The notes beneath the pieces were generated by a model. That model was not told the origin of the DNA, searched no databases, and was given only the letters and a program-made list of their open reading frames with translations. Source: Candidatus Micrarchaeota archaeon (GTDB lineage Archaea; Micrarchaeota; Micrarchaeia; Micrarchaeales; CABMGC01). From it: a DNA stretch of 64,000 nucleotides. The translations under genes were made by a program, and so were the position numbers. Each line of letters begins with the position of its first letter. Position 1 is the first letter of the stretch. Below, in pieces: positions 58,876-64,000 of this stretch. Where the stretch lies: positions 45,929 through 109,928 of the forward strand of contig JAKAON010000001.1 in assembly GCA_021812185.1 (NCBI GenBank), in the 5' to 3' direction.

Positions 58876-59070
58876 ATTATCAGTAGTTATTGAGAGTATT
58901 TTTATTTAAATGTATCCTGATAGCCGAAACAAATAAAATGTTTTAATAATGTAACTTTGTGGAGTTTATTTCTATTGTAGCTCGGCTAAAATCTAGTGCG
59001 TCCAATAATGAATTTATGTGAACACAACGTAGGGCAAGCCTTAATATTATATAGTTCCAAATCAGTTTAA

Positions 59071-59160
59071 GGGCCTGTAGCTCAGCTTGGATAGAGCGAT
59101 ACCGTCCTAAGGTGGAGGTCACGGGTTCAAAAACATTTATTGAAAATCCCGTCAGGCCCG
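59071..59160 (+). tRNA. tRNA-Arg(CCT) with a 15-nt intron in the T-loop (59132-59146)
   Basis: GGGCCTG/CAGGCCC acceptor, anticodon loop GTCCTAA, ACGGG/CCCGT T stem enclosing 22 nt that form a BHB motif. Confidence 0.92.
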
Positions 59161-59179
59161 CATGATAAAGAGTGTTAAA

Positions 59180-60250
59180 ATGGCGAAGAAGAAAGAAAGC
59201 GACGTCGATGTTGTTATAAAACCAATAAGCAGGTTTGGAGGGCTGGACAACATACACGTTGCGTTGATGGCGTTAGTGGTTGTGCTGGTGCTGCTTCTCT
59301 TCGTCATCTCAGGATCTAAGACGATAACCATAGTCAATTCTACAAATGTAACGAATAATACAATTACGCATTTAGCAAGCAATTTCACATGCACTATGGG
59401 CAACTGCACGCAGCCGTTGCATAGCATCGCGCAGGTGAAAGGATTTGTTGAGCAAGTGCTTGCAAGCTATAGTTACGTCAACGGATCGGCATCGCTCATA
59501 CCTTATTTCTCGGATATCGGGAATGCGACATACGTGTATGTACCTAAAGACGGAAAATGGTATGTGACAATTCCTGCAATAAGCATATATGACAAAGTAA
59601 GGTTCCAGGAACTGGTTGTTGTATCGGACTCCAATTTGAGCCTTGATTTTGTTACGATTGAGACACAAAAGCCCTCCCATATAGTTAACGATAAGTTAGT
59701 GTCTGAGGGAGTAATAAGCTTGAATAACAAACTAAGCTGCAACACCCAAAACCCTGTTCAGGTCTTCTGGTTCATTGACCCTTATGCTCCAGGCGCTATT
59801 GCAAGCCTGAACAATTTGACAACATTAGAAAACAGGTTCACAAATAAGGTGAATGTCACAATCAAGATATTGTTCGGAGGCGCTACGACCCAAGTCGGAA
59901 ATGAGTATGGACTTGGAAATGCTCAGGAGCTTGGTAGATATTTGTTATGTGCTTCCACACAGCAAAACTTCGGCAGGTTCAGCGAAGCACTTCAATCAGC
60001 TTATGGAGGGCAGTATCTTTCCGAATCCATTCTAAATCCGCTTGCACAAAATTCGGGACTCAACATGTCAGAAATAAATTCATGCATATCAAATTCCACG
60101 CCTCTGCTAAACAGACAGGCCCTTCTTGGCCAGTATTACAACATAACCATTACGCCAGTTGCGATTGTGAACTGTAAATACTTGACCATTCCGCAGACTG
60201 TCCAGGAGGGCGTGTGCTACGACAACTCCAGCATATGCAGTGCAGCGTGA
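59180..60250 (+). CDS. Membrane-anchored DsbA/thioredoxin-fold protein lacking CxxC
   Basis: N-terminal TM; VFWFIDPYAPGA, YLLCA, INSCI, YNITITP.IVNCKY DsbA-like elements. Confidence 0.65.
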   Translation: MAKKKESDVDVVIKPISRFGGLDNIHVALMALVVVLVLLLFVISGSKTITIVNSTNVTNNTITHLASNFTCTMGNCTQPLHSIAQVKGFVEQVLASYSYVNGSASLIPYFSDIGNATYVYVPKDGKWYVTIPAISIYDKVRFQELVVVSDSNLSLDFVTIETQKPSHIVNDKLVSEGVISLNNKLSCNTQNPVQVFWFIDPYAPGAIASLNNLTTLENRFTNKVNVTIKILFGGATTQVGNEYGLGNAQELGRYLLCASTQQNFGRFSEALQSAYGGQYLSESILNPLAQNSGLNMSEINSCISNSTPLLNRQALLGQYYNITITPVAIVNCKYLTIPQTVQEGVCYDNSSICSAA

Positions 60251-60413
60251 CTTGGGATACGATTTTCCTTTGGTTTGAAATCAATGTCATATTTCATTGA
60301 CATTTTGGATATGCAGAGATATTACACAAAATCGCAACTTTTAAGCCTGCATTGAAAATTCATCCGCGATGCGGGCGCGGCTTGTTTTTTCGAGCATATT
60401 TTGCTTTTTTTGT

Positions 60414-60875
60414 TTATTTGGAGTTTAGACTTTTGATGGCACTTATCAGTTCTTGAGGATTCTTGTCTGGAGATACGTTCTCAAATATTTTTAACAATGT
60501 GCCGTCCTTTCCGATTAGATACGTGTTTCTAAGCGTCCCCATGCCAAATATCCCTCTGTCCCCGTATGCTCCATACGCCTTTATAGTGGAGTTTGTCGGG
60601 TCTGAAAGCAACAGGAACTCGAGGTTGTATTTGTCCCTGAAACTGCAGTGCGACTCGAAGCTATCCTTGCTTATCCCTACGACTTCCGCACCTATGGCAC
60701 GAAAATCAGAATTGCGCTTGTTGAATGTTTTGGCTTCTATAGTGCAACCTGGAGTATCGTCCTTTGGATAGAAGTAGAGAACTAAGAATTTGCCACTAAA
60801 TTCCTTCAACGTGTGAATCTTCCCGTCGGATCCTTTTAGACTGAAGTTTGGTGCACTGTCGCCTTCCTTTAACAT
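60414..60875 (-). CDS. bcp: Peroxiredoxin BCP
   Basis: VLYFYPKDDTPGCTIEA, VVGIS.D, RNTYLIG. Confidence 0.95.
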   Translation of the reverse strand: MLKEGDSAPNFSLKGSDGKIHTLKEFSGKFLVLYFYPKDDTPGCTIEAKTFNKRNSDFRAIGAEVVGISKDSFESHCSFRDKYNLEFLLLSDPTNSTIKAYGAYGDRGIFGMGTLRNTYLIGKDGTLLKIFENVSPDKNPQELISAIKSLNSK

Positions 60876-60935
60876 ATTGATACCTTATTGTATTTCGATA
60901 TTAGAGTTTTTATATTTGCATTTTAAGATTCAATC

Positions 60936-61853
60936 ATGAAGTTTAAAGAACTTGGAAAGACAGGGGCACTAATACCCACAATAGGAATGGGAACGTGGAA
61001 GCTTGGAGACGGAGGCCAGGGAGGCACGCTTGCACTTAAAGAGGGTTTTAGGCTCGGGGCGAAATTCGTAGACACTGCAGAGATGTATGGAACTGAGCAT
61101 CTTGTAGGAAAGGCGCTGATTGGAGAGAAAGAAGTATTTGTGGCAACTAAAGTTTCACCGCATCACTTGAGCTACGATGATGTTATAAGATCGTGCGAAA
61201 GGAGCCTAAAAGAGCTTGGCATACGGCAAATAGACCTCTACCAGGTGCACTGGCCCAACAAATCAATACCCATAAAGGAAACGATGCGTGCGATGGAGAG
61301 ACTTGTTGATGAGGGTAAGATAAAATATATTGGCGTCAGCAATTTTGATATCGCCGAATTTGAGGAGGCGCAGGCGGCACTTAGTGCAAATGAGATAGTG
61401 TCGAACCAAGTGGAGTATAGCGTGCTTGTTAGGGATCCTGAAACTTCAGGGCTTTTGGATTATTGCAAGAGCAACAAGATAACACTCATAGCGTACAGTC
61501 CGCTGGTTAGAGGCGCTCTTAGAGACAGGAGATACATGGATTTTGTAAAGATCTTGTCGGAGATAGGAAAAGAGCATGATGCGACGGATAGCCAAATAGC
61601 ACTTAGCTGGCTTTTGTCAAAGGAACAGGTAGTGGCAGTGCCTAAAGCCGGAAGGATCGAGCATATTAGAGAGAATGTCGCATCTGCCGACATCAATCTT
61701 GACGCTGATGAGATAGAGAGGATAGGGAAGGTCGCAATGAGATTTAAGCACAACTCAGTTGCAGGCCCTTTTCATAATATTATGAAGAGGTCGTCATTGC
61801 CCTGGAGCATACATGAAATGCTTCCCGGAAATTGGAAGAAGGGACCGCATTGA
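60936..61853 (+). CDS. Aldo/keto reductase
   Basis: IGMGTW, DTAEMYG, ATKV, DLYQVHWP, IGVSNF, NQVEY, AYSPL. Confidence 0.95.
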   Translation: MKFKELGKTGALIPTIGMGTWKLGDGGQGGTLALKEGFRLGAKFVDTAEMYGTEHLVGKALIGEKEVFVATKVSPHHLSYDDVIRSCERSLKELGIRQIDLYQVHWPNKSIPIKETMRAMERLVDEGKIKYIGVSNFDIAEFEEAQAALSANEIVSNQVEYSVLVRDPETSGLLDYCKSNKITLIAYSPLVRGALRDRRYMDFVKILSEIGKEHDATDSQIALSWLLSKEQVVAVPKAGRIEHIRENVASADINLDADEIERIGKVAMRFKHNSVAGPFHNIMKRSSLPWSIHEMLPGNWKKGPH

Positions 61854-61866
61854 AGTGATAGATATA

Positions 61867-63009
61867 TCAATTGGATATTTCTAGTATCATCGAGTATAAT
61901 TTTGAAAGGTCGTTTAAACTCCTTGCAGACACCCATTCGTTTGAGGCGTGTTCATTGCCTCCGCTCGGACCTATCGTAATGACAGGTATATCGAGGCTAT
62001 TTGCAATTATATTGTCATCGGCAACGGAGCTGGAGTAATTTATTATTGGATTCCCGAAATTTTCCCTTACGATAGCAAGGATTTGTTTGACAATAGAGCT
62101 TTCTTTGCTTGTGACATACGGTTCTATGTATGGCGTTTGGCGCTCTTTTATCCCTATGGAAACTGAAGTTTTTTTGTTTAGCTTGCCGCAAGAGCGCATT
62201 TTTTTAATCAGTTTTTCCATTTGCCTTATGATTTTTTTGGCATTGTTTGGAGGGACGATATGGATATCAAGCTCCATGTGAAGCTTATCTGGAACAGATA
62301 GGCTAGTTGACGCACTCTCTATTTTCCTAATAAACATGCTTTCCTTCCCAAGCTCGCTATGCGCCTCAAATTTCATTCTTTCCAATTGTGATATTATCTT
62401 TACGGCCTCATCTATAGCGCTTATGCCTCTCTCCTTTACTGCACCGTGTGCAGATAACCCGACGATATCCACATTTATGACAACACGCCCGCGCCTTCCC
62501 AACGTGACTACATTTATTCCTCCAACATGCCGCTCTGAACTGCCTGGTTCCAAGGAGATTGCAAATGCAACATCCTCAAACCATTTGAGTTTTTCATCAA
62601 AGACCTTCCATGCACCCAAGGAGATGTTTTCTTCGTCAACGCAAAATAGCAACTTCACATTATTGTCTTTTCCATGATCTTCTAGTGCTGCTATTAAAGA
62701 AGCTATGCCACCCTTCATATCGCTGCTCCCTATTCCCACTAGTCTATCGCCTGCGCCAGTAAGCACAAATGGATTTGATTTCCAGCTCCCGTATACTGGG
62801 ACGGTGTCCATATGACCGTAGAATAGAATTGATTTTTTCCCAGCTCCCCGCTGCGCAAGGAGATTGAATCTCTTATTTGACACATAGTGCCTTTGTGTCT
62901 TGAAGCCAATTCTTGCAAGTTCTTTCTCTAAGAAGAGAGCCAATTTTCCTTCGTTTGGAAAGACGGAGTTTATTGCCACTAGCTTCCCCAAAATTTCTTG
63001 TGCTGCCAT
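61867..63009 (-). CDS. M20 metallopeptidase/deacylase (ArgE/DapE-like)
   Basis: GHMDTV, GSSDMKGG, DEE, SAHG, GP..HASNE. Confidence 0.9.
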   Translation of the reverse strand: MAAQEILGKLVAINSVFPNEGKLALFLEKELARIGFKTQRHYVSNKRFNLLAQRGAGKKSILFYGHMDTVPVYGSWKSNPFVLTGAGDRLVGIGSSDMKGGIASLIAALEDHGKDNNVKLLFCVDEENISLGAWKVFDEKLKWFEDVAFAISLEPGSSERHVGGINVVTLGRRGRVVINVDIVGLSAHGAVKERGISAIDEAVKIISQLERMKFEAHSELGKESMFIRKIESASTSLSVPDKLHMELDIHIVPPNNAKKIIRQMEKLIKKMRSCGKLNKKTSVSIGIKERQTPYIEPYVTSKESSIVKQILAIVRENFGNPIINYSSSVADDNIIANSLDIPVITIGPSGGNEHASNEWVSARSLNDLSKLYSMILEISN

Positions 63010-63018
63010 TAAAACACT

Positions 63019-64000
63019 TTATTGTATGCCAAAGTGATTGGATATCTTTAATGTATCTTCCTTATTTAGATATGTCACTGCAAGGCTCTTTGCGCTGTTA
63101 CCTATTATGGCGTGCTCGGGAAGAATCCCGGCAAACCTCCTTCCTTGCCTCGCAGCGCTCTTTAATACTGCAACCTCGTCAAGATTAGATTCCCCATAGA
63201 TAAGGTCTATTTGATTATTGTCCCGTATCAGGTTTAGTATTTCGTGGGTTGATATTAGAAAATACATGTTGTTGCCACGGTGTTCTGGGATTACGAATGC
63301 GTCTGTGAGTTCTGCAACGTGTATGTCCTCTCCATTATCTAGAGTTATGCGCCTGCGCTCTGCCACCCCTAGTCCGATTAAGTCATCACCCTTGTATGCT
63401 CCTACTATCAGATTGTCTTGATTTTGTATTATGGAATCGGATTCGCTAGAGTCATAGCCGAAAATAGCTAGAAGAGATATTATTCTTTGGTATTCGTGCA
63501 AGACGTTGCTTGCACTTATTTCATTTACGACATATCCGTTCGCCTTTGCCTGCGCAGTTTCCATGTCGAAGAATAATTTGAATGCATGTGCATCTTTCAT
63601 GTTGCACCACGTATCTTGTATGACCTGCGAATAGGCATTTGCTATTTCATCATACGATCTTGTAGAGCGGCCATTTGAGTTGGAACCAGCGTAGATTAAA
63701 TCATATCCGCAATTTAGCGCTATGTTTGCTTCTATGTTTACCGCCTTTGAAATGCAATCCCTTGCATTATCGCCAAATTCTTTCTCCACTATGGCCCTCA
63801 CACTAAGGCGGGTGGGGCACTTGGATACGCTGTCTCCTTGGCTTTGGTTCATCCGTGAGATGCCGCTTTGTACTATGTCGTTGAATAAAGATGTGCTCTC
63901 ACTGTCACGTATTACTCTTGTTATGAAACCCTTGAGACGATTTGCGCTTGCAGGAGCGATGTGCCCTACTGCGCCTATGCTTCCGCTTGCATACCTATCG
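63019..64000 (-). CDS. Protein with C-terminal GNAT domain (5' end outside window)
   Basis: The frame stays open upstream of the ATG at 63852 to the window edge (DRYASGSIGAV...); AELTDAFVIPEHRGNN GNAT motif A. Confidence 0.7.
   Translation of the reverse strand, partial: DRYASGSIGAVGHIAPASANRLKGFITRVIRDSESTSLFNDIVQSGISRMNQSQGDSVSKCPTRLSVRAIVEKEFGDNARDCISKAVNIEANIALNCGYDLIYAGSNSNGRSTRSYDEIANAYSQVIQDTWCNMKDAHAFKLFFDMETAQAKANGYVVNEISASNVLHEYQRIISLLAIFGYDSSESDSIIQNQDNLIVGAYKGDDLIGLGVAERRRITLDNGEDIHVAELTDAFVIPEHRGNNMYFLISTHEILNLIRDNNQIDLIYGESNLDEVAVLKSAARQGRRFAGILPEHAIIGNSAKSLAVTYLNKEDTLKISNHFGIQ

Noticed and set aside
60283..60304. Inverted repeat AATGTCA/TGACATT
   Set aside because: 7-bp arms between convergent genes; at most a terminator-associated hairpin.
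1..64000. CRISPR arrays, rRNA, IS elements, reverse transcriptases, inteins in PolB or TFB
   Set aside because: No regularly spaced repeats, rRNA-like GC-rich tracts, transposase or RT motifs were seen; the PolB and TFB cores are uninterrupted.

Overview
Gene-dense archaeal chromosome segment, most likely from a DPANN Micrarchaeota (ARMAN-like) genome. The assignment is an inference from TFB, Alba, family-B polymerase, FEN1, DGGGP synthase, very short or overlapping intergenic spaces and a tRNA intron in the T-loop. Most of the window is housekeeping: ThrRS, ArgRS, AsnRS, PheRS alpha/beta, PolB, FEN1, EndoQ, TFB, MBF1, Alba, Map, Sec61beta and two tRNAs. Between these lie orphan genes, a candidate glycan-modification locus (GT-C, NodU carbamoyltransferase, nucleotidyltransferase, radical SAM), an accessory stretch after tRNA-Thr (two G1 glutamic peptidases, a Zn/Mn ABC transporter, Nudix, HIT) and a late-step quinone cluster. 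I saw no CRISPR array, rRNA, integrase or transposase. The best leads are: a ~60-nt upstream module shared in register by two unrelated orphan genes flanking a PhoU-like regulator; the carbamoyl/radical-SAM glycosylation locus; a four-way-junction element between aSelBL and tfb; a 59/60 T-loop intron in tRNA-Arg(CCT); a 39-aa highly basic protein missed by the ORF track; and several enzyme folds that have lost catalytic residues. All product calls come from recognising motifs by eye; no searches were run.
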